A stretch of 64,000 nucleotides of DNA. It comes from Saccostrea echinata. Lineage: Eukaryota. Below the pieces are notes generated by a model. That model had not been told where the DNA came from, searched no databases, and saw nothing but the letters and a program-made list of their open reading frames with translations. The stretch is from contig NW_026889761.1 in the NCBI RefSeq assembly GCF_033153115.1, positions 20,212,001-20,276,000 on the forward strand, written 5' to 3'. The translations under genes were made by a program, and so were the position numbers. This document shows positions 26,620-39,768 of this stretch, piece after piece (positions within the stretch are counted from its first letter, which is position 1; the number at the start of each line of letters is the position of its first letter).

Positions 26620-27700
26620 ATATGGAGGAGTGAGCATCTCCTGTCGATCGGTCACACCCGCCGTGTGCTCCTTGTCATGATCGAGAAAAACGAAAAACAC
26701 GTAAGAAATACAGTGTGTAAATAACAGCCTAACAATATGAAAAACGCTAGTCAGCATTTGACCTAATGATAGTTTGTATTTGCTGACAAGGTTATTATAT
26801 CGACCCCAAAACTTGCAAAAGGATGACTTTAATGGAGATTGTTGATATCCTTGTTTCATCAACTTGTCTGTTAAAAGCTTGCCTCGTTTTAGAAATTGTT
26901 CATACATAGAGTATGCTCTTGCGTATCGAATCAACTATGAGACAAAACCCCATATGCAGGTGATAAGTGTATACGAGACGTACATGACGATTGAAAAGTT
27001 GAAGTCATCACGATTATCATAAAGCTTTGTTGTTAGGTTTCAATTAAAGTCTTTTTCTGGTAAGATATCCAAATATGAAACAGATGTGTCAGAATCTATG
27101 GTATCTTTTATTTCAAGCTCACTGTGATATATCGAGTCGATATATGAATTGAATTAACTATTGTTAATTGATAATACGTCATCGATATATCTAAATGGCG
27201 AGTTGAAAACCACAGCAACTGTTTTCTTCTTCTCATGTAGAAGTTTTTGAATAAATTCTGTTTCATATTAAAACAAAAATATGTCTGCTATCAAGGGGCG
27301 CAATTAGTATCCATGAGAATTCCAACAGATTCTTGAAAGACCTGATCCCCAAAAACTTTATAGATATTGTCAGTCAGAAACTCAAGCATCTTTTTTAATG
27401 TCAACTTCAGAGTATTTGTGTGTACAATCACAATGCTTTTCACAAAATTATTTTGCAAATGAAGTAAGTATATTCACGAGTTTCATTTATATTGAAAAAG
27501 TAGCTCTCTATGATGTCAAAAAGCCCGGACTTTGATTTATCGTGGGGAATGGTTGTATAAACTGCTGAAAAGTCGTACGTTTTGATGTTATTGATTTTGT
27601 TAAAATTTGGTGATTTCGATTTTAAAAAAAATTTAAGGGTTTCTTGTAGTTTTTAGGTATCCACATCTGAATATACTTTTGTACAGAACTACTAAAGTTT
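26620..27700 (-). mobile_element. Penelope-like (Naiad-type) RT fragment
   Basis: YDFSAVYTTIPH, GILMDTNCAPLIAD, FRYIDDVLSINN, ELEIKDT, LYDNRDDFNFSI, LIRYARAYS, then the 3' motif; degenerate. Confidence 0.8.
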
Positions 27701-28157
27701 CTCCTTCTCTGTTGTAAATATTTTAGTAAGGAATAAAGAAAGAGGCTCTGGTAGAACATTTACTGGGACCCGGTACGTATCTTTGATTGTAAGGGTTTTT
27801 ATGGAGTTTTGGAATAGGAATTCAAATTTATTTTGAATGTTGAGAATATCAAAAATATTTAAAACTGACATATGGTTTTGAAGAATTCCCTCCTCAGAAA
27901 GAGAGCTATGGGTAGAAGTTGGATTACCACATAAATGTTATCCTATTTGCTTTTACTGTTCAAATTACGATTACAGTATTTTAATTGCTTTTTATTGTTC
28001 TTAGGCATAATTATTCACAACAATGAAACACGGATAAGGAATCAATATAAAGTTTCTACAATCCACTAATATAGAAAATTAAAATGATTTCAAAACTTTG
28101 TTCAATGAAACAATTAATTTATGAATTATGTAAGACAATGAATCTAAATACTAGGTA

Positions 28158-30071
28158 CTAAAATAATCTAAATCCAGAAAATGTAGTAATGCGAGCACTA
28201 TCACTATAGTATCCAGTTCCAGCTGCTCGTTTGACCCACACTCTGTCACCACTACGAAGAGGGAGAATGACAAGGTTTGTTCCAGTCTGATGAATTTTAA
28301 CGGCAAACCCGCTATTGTACCAAGCCAGAGCCCTGACCTTAGAAGATCCATTTAATACTATGTCAAAATAATTATACTTTTGATAAGCAGACTGAATAGA
28401 GATATAGAACACGTAGGTTCCCCCAGTGTTGGCAGTAAAGACTCCAGTGTTAGAGTTGTAGCCCCTTCCCTCGTTATAGATTACATCAGGGAAAATTAGC
28501 GTATCCCCTGTCCATCCATTATTGTTTGATGTTATTCCAGCGGAAAATGCTATCTTCGAAATCTTATCTGAAAAGATTAATTATAATTACACATGGTTTA
28601 TCAGATATATGTAGGTGCCGTATATGTACATACAAATTCTTTTAATTTGTGATGAGGTTTCATTTCTTTCAAAGGAATGGATTTTACGAATCAAATAATG
28701 CTTGAAATGCATTACAATTTACATTCATTATACTCCTGCAAACTAAGGTATTTCTAATAATTTTCAAACATTGTTCAAACAATTAGATGTATCAATTAGA
28801 TATAAAGAGAACGAGAGCAGGACAGTAATGTTCACTGACCATCTGCCATCCACCACTGGGCTTAATAAGTATTATTCCTTTTAAAAATTGTAATATTATA
28901 AGGCGACTTCTGTCAATTTTGCGACACTTTACGCTAAAATCATTTACATTTCAATTTATTTTGAAAAATCGTTAGCACTATAACAAACTTTATTTATTAA
29001 TGAGCGACCAGAGGAATGCTGAACCATAAGCAATATTGACTGAGTAAGCATTTGAAAAGTTGAATTTGGACTTACACCAAGAGCAATATGAGAGGTAAAA
29101 CACAAATTCTTACCACAGTTTGATTTTGAGACATTTATTCGGAACACCTCTAATGAGGATACAGCAGACGACAGTTTGAGTTGTTCATATTCTGTTTTCT
29201 TTGTCCGTTCTTCGAACATGAAAACTGTGTTGGTGAAGTTTTCTGCAATTGCATCAAGTGCATATATGTACTGAAATAATAAATTCATATTTATCTGAAT
29301 CCAATTGCGACTACTGATATATGCCTAAATAGATACTTAAATTTTACCCATTTGAGTTCTGCTGATTTCAGACTGAGAGTATTCTATGTCTTTTATTGAC
29401 GCAGAAAAGTTCCCGAGCAATCCTTCCGTTCTCCAAAATATAGCATTTACATAATCAAGTGTTGAATTCAGGTGACTTTTGATTTTTTGTATGTTCTCTT
29501 CTTCAATTTTATCATCCTTTTCAGTCTTTTCCTTGAAATCCAAAAGCGTCACAGATAGATATCTTACTTCAATTTTGATATCTTCCAGAACGTGAGTAGT
29601 TTGGTTGAATAAAGCCTGACGTTTCTCTTCATTCTTTATTTCCGTGACCTGTTGGTGTTCATAAATAACTGTTATGTTTTCGTCAACTTTTGTAAAATGT
29701 TCTTGAAATTCCTGAGTCTGTTTCCGAAGTTCCTTATTATCGTCGGCAAGCTTTTTGTTTTCCTGCTGTAAAGTGTACACCTGGGTTTTCAATGTTTCTA
29801 TCATCTGCTGTAAATTGGAGACGGTGGTGTCTGATGACGCAATGTTTCGTTTAATAGAATCAACATCATTCATTAAAACGTGAACATTTTTGACCAAGGC
29901 TAAGCGAATAACAGTTTCTTGATTAATCATCTGCCATAGTACATTTAGATTATTTAAATTTTCTCTCCCTGTTAATGTTGTAGAATTGCTGTCTTCGTTA
30001 TCGGTTAACAACGACAAAGCTCCCGAGTAAGTAAAGAAGAGAAAAACTACATAAAGTCTGAGAAACTTCAT
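28158..30071 (-). CDS. Secreted C1q-domain-containing protein (signal peptide, coiled coil, C-terminal globular C1q)
   Basis: Exons 30071-29348 ([20 protein letters not shown] then heptad-rich), 29242-29114, 28567-28158, joined in phase 1; last exon [53 protein letters not shown] is a canonical gC1q. Confidence 0.92.
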
Positions 30072-30529
30072 TCTGCCAGCTAAACCTGTCAAATAGAAAA
30101 GGAGATTTATATAGTCGTATGGAGATCATCTGACTGTACATCTAGTATTTTTTAAAAACATTGACACAGAAAAAGAACACAGTAACAATTGGCAACACTC
30201 AAATGCTCTCAAAATATTTGCATTAATAATATTTCTATGAGTTATCGACCAAAGTGTGCTGTTTACTTGAGAACTTAATTACGGTGTTCAAGTATTTTGA
30301 GAAAAAATATAAATCTTAACTAAGCAGCAAAACTAAAATAAGCTTCGAGTGCTCTCCTACGACTGAACACGTCATTTAAATAGTGATAATTGTCAATTTA
30401 AGTGAACACTTTTGAAGCACTTTCCTCGTTGGGATTCTTGAAAAATGAAAACAAAGAGCAAGGGCCACGAACTATCAAAAATGGCCCTATCTAAAAAATA
30501 AACGTGCTTTAGTTATTAATAGTATAGAC

Positions 30530-31335
30530 GTTTAGCTTTTCGATGGGCACAAATTGTGCTCCTTTATCAGCCGACCTGTTTTTATATTCCTTTGAAGCAG
30601 GATTTATTTAAAAACTTTTACATGAGAAGAAAATAAAAATAAAAAAAAAACACTTGCTGTAGCCTTTAACTCGACCTTCAGATATATCGACGACGTATCA
30701 TCAAATAACAATTATTACTTCCATTCATATGTCGACTCGATATATCCTAGTGAACTTGAAATAAAAGAGACTACACAGTCTGCCCTATCTGTTTCATATT
30801 TGGATGTTTATGTTTTACTGACGGTAATGGCCAACTAACAACTAAATTGTATGACAAACGAGATTCAGCTTTTCCATCGTCAACTTTCCTTATTTACGTA
30901 GTAATATCCTGCTATCACCTGCATGTGGTGTTTTCATTACCCAGCTTATCCGATGTTCAAGAGCATGCTCCGATAAGTTCATGTTATAGGGATGTCAAGA
31001 ACTTCGTTTACCGTCTAAATTATACATTATAGAAAATTATATGGTCGTTATAATAACTTTGTTAGCAAATATAACCTATCATTGGGTCTTATTTGGTCTG
31101 ACGTGTTTCATACCAACTGTTCGGTCTTTGTTTTTATACTGAATATGACTAATGAATGTCCCGCCTACCTGATCAATACATGGGCTCAAGGCGGGTGTGC
31201 CAAGGCAATATGGGATGCTTTCTCCTCCTATGCACCTGATCCAACCTCTGAAATTTCCAGGGGCCCGTGTTTTATGCCCTCTTTATTTGTATTGTTTATA
31301 TTTTTTTACTGCTGTTCGTTATCTTAGACTTTTTC
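30530..31335 (+). mobile_element. Penelope-like (Naiad-type) RT fragment
   Basis: MGTNCAPLSADLFLYSFEA, FRYIDDV, IYPSELEIKETT, SYLD, LYDKRD; degenerate 3' motif at 31190-31250. Confidence 0.8.
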
Positions 31336-32763
31336 ATTTAAATAGAAACTCACATATATAAAATATACAAACAGAGATACCTCTTCTTGTTTATGATATA
31401 AAACTATTGAATAAATATTTCTTGTATTAATACCTTTCCCCTCTTTTCTGTACATCAAGATTATTCCTTTAAAACTAGAATCAACTACATGTATAGTGAT
31501 TTACTTTCTTTGTATAACATTATCTTATAAAATTCAGTGAATAAAAATACGAAAGTACTATTTAAAATGTAAGTCACAGTTATGCATTGTAAATTGTAAT
31601 ACATTAATGCGTTGTTAATATGATTAAATAATTAATGACTGAATAACAAAATAAATGATGAGATTAGTTTTAAAAATTACCAACAGAAGAAAAATGTTTT
31701 AAGTGCAGAATAAGACTTTCTGAGTACCAAACACACAATTTAGAGGTCTGTCGATCTTTTTCGAAGTTTTCTTCTTTAATTTGAAAAATGGAAGCGATGA
31801 GTTCGAAAGCCTTTCTAAAGAGAACTAAATGACACTTTCCTATTTTTTTAGGTATCAATCAGACCTTCAGCATTACAAAATAATGAGTGTAATAAAATAA
31901 ATAGTACATGTTTTGAAAAGGAACGGCCGAAATTAACAACGATTGGAAAACCATTTTAAACTTATTTTTTCACGGGGTGTCAATTTTCATCTATTACCCT
32001 CCAAAATATGCACTATTCATATACGAGCTTTGTAAATATTTCAATATATGAATACATTTTATTTGTTCTGTTCATTAGAATTTGTAGTATTTTTTAATCA
32101 GGAATTTTTGCCAAGTATGGCGAAAATGATTTTATTTTCATGGTGGATGCCACCATGAAAGCGAACCTCCAAACTGCTATAGGCCTAGAAATATCTGGGG
32201 TCACTTCATATTCATTAATTCATGCAAGACAACGGGCGAATTCGGTAGCAGACAGTCACGGATTTCTGGAAATAAAATGGACACAAAAAGACTTTGCTTG
32301 CAATAATGATAAACAGCTGCATTGAAGCTTTATGCTAACTACACAAAGCCGAAATTTTGAGGATAAACACAGAATTTAATCTTTTATCCTTAATTTTTTT
32401 AGGTAGAATTTCATGGCTGATATGATATTGTCAAAATTGCGAAGTTCGGTTGTATTTGATTTGCATACATCCTTGCATTTTAAACATAATTCATCTATGA
32501 AATTGTAAGCACACACAAAATAATGCTTAGAATAATATTTGACGAGAGAATTTTTCGCAGAAAGATACAGTTGGTCAAAATTTCATACACATTGATTACT
32601 TGAACTTCGTACCAAGAAAACCGAAGTTCACAAACTGAATTTCATTTTTATAAATTTAAGGCCGTGGGCATTTCTCAATCCTTATTCACCCATGTTCTTC
32701 AAGGGTTATAAAACTTTGATGAAAGACGGACAATGTAAGGTTGTAGTTAAAAATATGTAAGTA

Positions 32764-33833
32764 CGAGGGGTTATCAAAATGTCTTAGACTGTTGTGATAA
32801 AATTAATACTTCGTAGTCTGTGCTTACAAAATTTATAAAGAGCATTAACCAACAAAAGTTTAAGAAGTGTTAAAAATTTTAGCTTGATACGTTGATAATT
32901 TACCAAATTGTTATTAAATAAAAAAGTCAATATATGATCACCCGGCGCTGTCGCCGTTTAGTTTTTTTTGACATTCGACAATGTCATTTTTTCTCAATGT
33001 CGGCTTCATCTATTTTTAAAAACACTTTTCTTTGATGAGATTCCCTGTAGTTAAATAAAGATTTGAACCGGTTTTGTTCATATGATTTCACAATGTCATC
33101 GACAGCTGATTTCAATGCATACGATAAAGTAAGTGAATCTATACATAAGGGACGCTCCTCACTTGATTTTGCCAGCATAATCTTCTGGTTGGAGTTTAAT
33201 ATCTACCACACATGATCAACGTAAAATTCAATGTGACTGACTTTGGACATCCTGACTACAAATAAGCATTAACTATGCATCTCTCCTCTCTCTGAATATT
33301 TTTTGGCATTTAGAAAGGAAGTACTCTGGATGTATTTTATTTCTCTGTAGTCCGTTTAACCATTTCTGTGGTCTCTGCTTTTTTTTCCAGGGGTGAAACT
33401 TTATAGAATGCTGGAAAAAGAAACCTTCCCCTTTCTGACGTCATTTTCAACCCCTAAATTGTTTGGACGTTCCATATAAATTTTACGATAAAATTTTAAA
33501 GAACTTACAGATTGAGGTAAAAATTGCACGTTACGAAACGAGTGTGTCCTACCACATAAATGAATTAACAGGATTTTTGGATGACAAATGCTCATATCTA
33601 AAGAGTTTTTCTCAGTAAAAGGTAGGAAAATACATTATGTTAGAGGTTGCACCGCATGAACATACCATTGCTTACAAAACCGTTGTCAATTTATTAAAAA
33701 ATAAAATTTATGATTTAAAGTTTATTAAATACAAAGGCAAGATTATACTAATTAATAGTTTAAAAATTCATTGATGTGCCTTAAGCGGTTTTAATTTTAT
33801 GACGCTGTCCACAAACTTTTTGATAACCCCACG
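32764..33833. mobile_element. Tc1/mariner-type MITE
   Basis: TA-CGAGGGGTTATCAAAA ... TTTTGATAACCCCACG (imperfect TIR). Confidence 0.7.
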
Positions 33834-33841
33834 CATTTAAG

Positions 33842-34402
33842 TACGGAAGCCGGTAGGTGCCAGGTAGAAAAATATTTTATCTGGCGGCCGCCAAATAATT
33901 ATCTGGCGGCCGCCAGAAACCTATCTGGCGGCCGCCAGAAACTTATCTGGCGGCCGCCATATAATTTTCTGGCGGCCGCCAGATAAAAAGATCTGGCGGC
34001 CGCCAGATAAGTTATCTGGCGGCCGCCAGAAACTTATCTGGCGGCCGCCAGAAATTATCTGGCGGCCGCCAAATAATTATCTGGCGGCCGCCAGATAAAT
34101 ATTTGGCGGCCGCCAGATAACTTTCTGGCGGCCGCCAGATAACTTATCTGGCGGCCGCCAGATAATTATTTGGCGGCCGCCAAATAACTTTCTGGCGGCC
34201 GCCAGATAAGTTATCTGGCGGCCGCCAGATCTTTTTATCTGGCGGCCGCCAGAAAATTATTTGGCGGCCGCCAGATAAGTTTCTGGCGGCCGCCAGTTAT
34301 TTATGTGGCGGCCGCCAGATAATTATTTGGCGGCCGCCAGAAAGTTATCTGGCGGCCGCCAGATAAAATATTTTTTCTACCTGGCACCAACCGGCTTCCG
34401 TA
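33842..34402. mobile_element. Fold-back MITE with 22 GGCGGCCGCC palindromic units; IS3EU-like
   Basis: ~37-bp TIRs (TACGGAAGCCGGT.GGTGCCAGGTAGAAAAA), exact 6-bp TSD TTTAAG (33836-33841 and 34403-34408), TAC..GTA termini, internal ~21-24-bp units. Confidence 0.88.
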
Positions 34403-34763
34403 TTTAAGTATGGCGAAAAGCAGTTTGTAAGACAATAGGTAATCTACAAGTAATGTCTTACAGAGATTTGTTTAAAGTAACATTTAAAAACAAAATTTAA
34501 CGAAGTGCAACTAAATCAGCAAAAATCTCTAAAGATATTCAAGAATCTGTTTCAAAGCAAGTAAATGTAAATATAGGTACTGTACATACGAAGAAAGGGA
34601 AAACGTAGCGTATTTAACAATATTCATTTAAAAAATAAGATTATCTTCAACGAAACTATCCTTCAACTCGGAAAATATTTCTTATATTGAAATCAAGTCA
34701 TGCTGTCTGTATGAATGCATGCTCCCTGTACCCAGGTGCTCCAAGATTTGAGGCACATGAAGC

Positions 34764-35619
34764 TATATAGTGGCATATTTCTGCCCCTTACATGCAAGAT
34801 AAATTATCTTAACATGCAACATAATTATGTAGACATGCGACTTATATTTATGTCAACATGCAAAATAATTATGTTAACATGCGAGTTAATTATGTCAACA
34901 TGCGAGATATCTATGTTGACATGCAACTTATTATCTTGCATGTTGACATAAATATCTTGCATGTTAAAATGTAAGTCGCATGTTGACATAAATAAGTCGC
35001 ATGTTGACATAAAAAAGTCGCATGTCAACATAATTCTGTTGCATCTTGCTAGTATGACGTCGTATAACGGCGTTAGTAAGTATATATTTACATCCTTTGA
35101 ATATTATTTCCTTTATTTCTTAAGAAACCCATTGCTGTTTATCAGTGAGTAAACAACACTAAGCAAGCCACCTGCATAGATTTCTTGAGCAACGGCTGTT
35201 CCATCAATTATACATACAATGACATACACATCTATAATACAATATTTAACATGTTTAATTTTACTTTGAATGTTTTTTATACAGATATAAATATAAACAA
35301 TAAAATGACTTTCTTTGTTTGTTAGTACGGGAATTAATGTCACAGCTATTGCAGAAAAAAATTTACATAACCCGCTTACGCGGGTTATGTATTTTTTCTG
35401 CAACAGCTGCGACATTAATTCCCGTACTAACAACCAAAGAAAGCATTTTATTGTTTATGTTTACCAACATTAAAAATTAGATTCTCTAAAAAGATTAGTA
35501 ATTTGCATGTCAACGTAATTATTATGCATGTAGACATAATTATCTTGCATGTTGACATACTTTTCTCGCATGTTAAAAAAAATTATCTTGCATGTAGGGA
35601 GCAGACAAAAGCCACCATA
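34764..35619. mobile_element. Second TAT..ATA-terminated MITE with a ~20-bp minisatellite (GCATGTTGACATAA), interrupted
   Basis: Imperfect TIRs TAT.GTGGC.T.T.TCTGC.CC.TACATGCAAGATAA; flanks TGAAGC/GGAAGC resemble a 6-bp TSD; unrelated insert at about 35050-35500. Confidence 0.7.
35288..35463. repeat. ~175-bp near-perfect palindrome (hairpin element)
   Basis: Arms ATAAACAATAAAATG..TTTCTTTG.TTGTTAGTACGGGAATTAATGTC..CAGCT.TTGCAGAAAAAA..TACATAACCCGC and its reverse complement around the loop TTAC. Confidence 0.9.
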
Positions 35620-38163
35620 GGAAGCGATACAACAACAGGGAAAAAAAAGAAATCAAAGTGAAGACGTCCTTAGAATATAAATGTAGGCTGAAACATTCAG
35701 ACTTAAAATAAAATCAGGATGCAGGATAAAAAGTCGATAATAGATAGTTTGGTAAAGTGTACCAAATCCTTTTTCTTCTTGTAGTCGTGAGTATTGTTGC
35801 TAAAATATTTGAGTAATTATTGCTAATTTTAGTATTTATAGATTCTTGGAGGCCACACATGCAGAGAAAACGACAACCTGTCGACAAATGTAGATCAATA
35901 CCTCAAGTAATACCAAGTTCTGGTATTACTTACAAGGACTTTTGACTATAACTAAGAGGAATGGATGGCAAGGACAAGGTTAAAGAATGATTTAAGATCT
36001 CGTGAAAAGAATATAATTAGCACAAATCAAAAAATCGGTTCAATACGCAAGTTTCGAGATTATCTCCCTTGGTGCGCTCTTTCGTTATGGAGGGGAGTTT
36101 TGTTTCTGCGTAAACCGGTAGGTGGGACAGTTATTTATACTGGATACGTTACATCATCGATATACCGGGATCCTGTCATCAACTCGAAAATAACCGAATT
36201 TTAGTATAATGGCATTAAATGTTTTTCTTCCCCCCCAAAAATCGGAAATAAAAAGAAAATATCAGTGCCGCGGGATAAGACATCAGAAGAGGGAAGAGAC
36301 ATGGATCCTATATAGGACCCGATCCACAATAAAAGGGTGAAGGTCAACCACCTTAAATAAAGTGCATGTAGGAAATTGACATGTCTCACTTTCATTGACT
36401 ACAAGAAGGACAAATGGCAAATAAATGAAATTTAATGAACATAGAATGGTTGTTTATTGATTTAAGTTTACAATGATATGCAATAACATGGTTTTAAAGG
36501 ATAAACTATGCACTTAGATGAGTATTGAATTGGGTAGTAATTTGGCTTGTTTACACTTCTTTTCATCGTGCATAGCTATTTAAAGAACATGACTTCACAA
36601 ATTTATTAATACAGAAGAAAAATGCCTATGAACACCCCCCTTTCTTATTATGTATGTGTAGTGGACAGATTGTTTAAGCACATGCCGTTTTTTATTGTAT
36701 ACTCCTTTATAAAAATATTACAAACAAAATAAAACATGTGTTTTTACTATATAAGTCTATATGTAAGCTAATAGTGGTCCTGGTCCATACACGCGCATCT
36801 GATCATTACATGTCGGCATTCTGAATGACAAACCGACTTTTTCCCTTATAATAATTTCAAAAGGTATATCGACATTTTAGAAAAGGTTTGTAATCAAGGA
36901 AGCGTCTCTTCACAAAAAATAGGAGTGTTCTTTTGATTTTAAATATCCTAATTAAAAGTAAAATTTTGTAAAACACGTAAAGTAAAGATCAATGTAATCA
37001 TCAAAATCATCACTGTTTGACATTATGTATTAATGTATAATCTTTCCATAACATTAAATACATTTTAAAAGCCCTAGCCAACCTCCATTTATTTATGCAC
37101 GTTTGTGTACGTCGGCAACCTGTCCCATTCCCATGCTGATATAGATACTTTTTGCGCCTCTATCATTGGAGAGCTACAATCTCAAAACTTGCGTATTGAA
37201 TCTGGTGCTAAATTATTGACTACTTTAATCAAGTTGAATACCAATTTAGAGTTTTAAGAAAATGAACGATTCAGTTTAGATGAAAACAAAGTGCAAATGT
37301 CATCATTATTTGGTGAAAGACTTGCATTTGATGTTGGGATACCTAAAAAAAACCCTGAATAAACTACTTTTCAAGCGGGGATGTATAATGATGGGGATGT
37401 CCGTCTGTCCGTTACACTTTGGAGTACCCATCTCTTATCCGCAACTCCTCATACCACTGAATGAAATTTACTGAGACTTTCACAGAATCTTTTTTACATA
37501 GTACCATTGTGCACCTCCTATTTTACTTTTTCGTCCGACACTTACTTCGAGTCTCTCATAGCAAAACATGGACTTTGCCATTATAATTCATATGAGAGGC
37601 AGGGGTGGGGTGTATCATTTTGTGAGCTCAGTGTTCAAAGCTTCTCTAGTTTGACATGTATTTTGAAGGTTTTACATATCACATTTGCGGTGTTATTACT
37701 TCGGTAGATAATGTAACATGTCAAAATACTTGACGATTTCTGTTGAAAGATAAGTGTAAGTCCCAATAGACAGCTCTCTTGTAAGTAGGACGAACTGATG
37801 GCTTTGTGAAAAAGCTTATCGAAGGACCTCTTTAAAAAGTGCAATTTTGTCATTGGTGGAAAACTGACCAATCGAAGAAACCAGGAAGTTCACAGCACTC
37901 TAAATCTTATCAGAGAGACCTTGTCATGTGCGTAAAGAAAATTAGGTTCATAAGACATTTACTAAAGTTGACAAGATTTAGGATTGATAACATTAATTTT
38001 ATTTAAATAATTTCATTAGTGTTTGATTTCCAGAAGTGAAAAAAAATTTAACAACGTTACCTTAAACTATTGTTCAATATACCTACTTTTCTTATCTTTA
38101 TTGTGCCTTTTTTTTTATCTGATAAGCCGAATAAAAGAATTATTTTAAAGAAGCAAATGCTGG

Positions 38164-39768
38164 CTATGCTGTACGGTTATATGGTGGAATGTTATGCAGT
38201 TCTTTATACTCGGGACATCTTGGGATGTATTCTTCTATGTAATGCTCTATCGTGTCATGAATTGTATCACAATGACCTTCAATTTTCATTGGAAATGCAT
38301 CACTAACACACGTGTCTCTCTTTTCTCTAAGCCATACGAGTGTCTCGCACATACAATCCACTTTGTTCTCATCAAGAAGTACTTTTTCTAAACATGGCCA
38401 GACTGTGTTGATTGCCTTAGGCACTGACGTCAGATGTGTAGATCTGAAATCCAAAGTCTTCAACCTTGGTACTCTGCCAAACGCATTCTCAGAAATGTAT
38501 TTTAAAGATGAATTCCGTATAATGAAGGCTTCTAAGTATCGAAGATCCTTCATGTCATTTGTGTCAATAGTTACAATTCCATTGAGGGATAAATCTAGGA
38601 CTTTCAAATACCGAATTTGAGAAAGTGCTGCAGGAACACGCAAAAGCGAACAGTTCCTAAGAGTTAAATTTGTTACAGTTCTTAAATCCCCGATATTCAG
38701 ATCACTAAGATATCTCAAGTTTTTATCATCCAGACTGAAATTTTTCAATGCTGGAAGGTATCTCAATACTCTGGGAAATTCTGTTAGAGAATCCCTATTT
38801 AATGACAAAGTCTGCAAGTAAGGGGAATTTAACGGGAAAGCCTGTATCAAAACCCCCCTGTCTGTCACGTAAGGGTTTTGGTCAAAGTGTAGCTCCTTCA
38901 AATTTTTTAGTTTGCTGATTGCAATAGGCACTGCTAGCAGATAAGTGTTTTTAATGTTTAAATATTGAAGCGTGGTTTCAAATCCATGAAAACTTTCAGC
39001 ACCAATGTCTCGAATAAAACGACTAAGACTGGCGACTGTAAGTCTGTTAAGTATCGGTAGATGGTGCAGTGAAGTTGGCCATGATGTAAGAGTTTCACTT
39101 CCGATTTTGAGGTCAGTAAGGGTATCTCCAAGCGCGCGCATCACGCTCTCTGTATAATCTGTACCACGTGTCAAAGGATTGTGGGTAATATCTAACGTTT
39201 CTAATGAATGTAAATCCGCTAATGATGGTGGCAAATTTCTGAGTTTGTTGTTGCTCAAATCAAGCAGCAAAAGAGTGTTTTCTACATCTTCAAAGGCCCC
39301 TAAAGAAATATTCTGCAAATTGTTGCCTTGAAGGTAAATTTCTTTGAAATGGGTACCTCTAAATTGGTAAGACTGGATATTCAAAATTCGATTATAGGAA
39401 AGGTCGAGGTAGTCATATGACATGGCAAAATTAATATCTGCAGGAAATGACGGAACAGACGAAAGATTCCGAAGGCTACAGTCCACATATCTATCCCGAC
39501 ATGAACATTGCAAAGCGAGGCCACCTGGACACTGCGCAGTTATTCCAGATATTCCAAATAGAATTGTCAATAAAACCACAGGAAACTGCAAAGATAGATA
39601 TTAAATTAAGAATTAATTTTAAATAATTTACGTTTATAAAAAAGAAATATATTTAGCTTCATTAGAGTTTCATATTATTACTCATGGGTATAAGTACGTA
39701 AAAATTGCCATTTAATCCAAATTGAAAATATATAACTAAGTGTATATTTCTACCTGATAAAGCGCCAT
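38164..39768 (-). CDS. Secreted LRR-only protein 1 (SP, LRRNT, about 12 LRRs, LRRCT)
   Basis: Exon 39768-39754 (MALYQ) spliced in phase 0 to 39585-38164; CP..CSC..VDC N-cap, LxxLDLSxN repeats, VDCMCETLVWL..CDTI..CP C-cap; no TM. Confidence 0.92.

Noticed and set aside
33842-34402. CRISPR-like array
   Set aside because: Spacers are only a few nt and not unique, the array is bounded by TIRs and a TSD, there are no cas genes, and the context is eukaryotic.
34715-35152. Overlapping MST/HVD-rich ORFs
   Set aside because: Translations of a ~20-bp tandem repeat.
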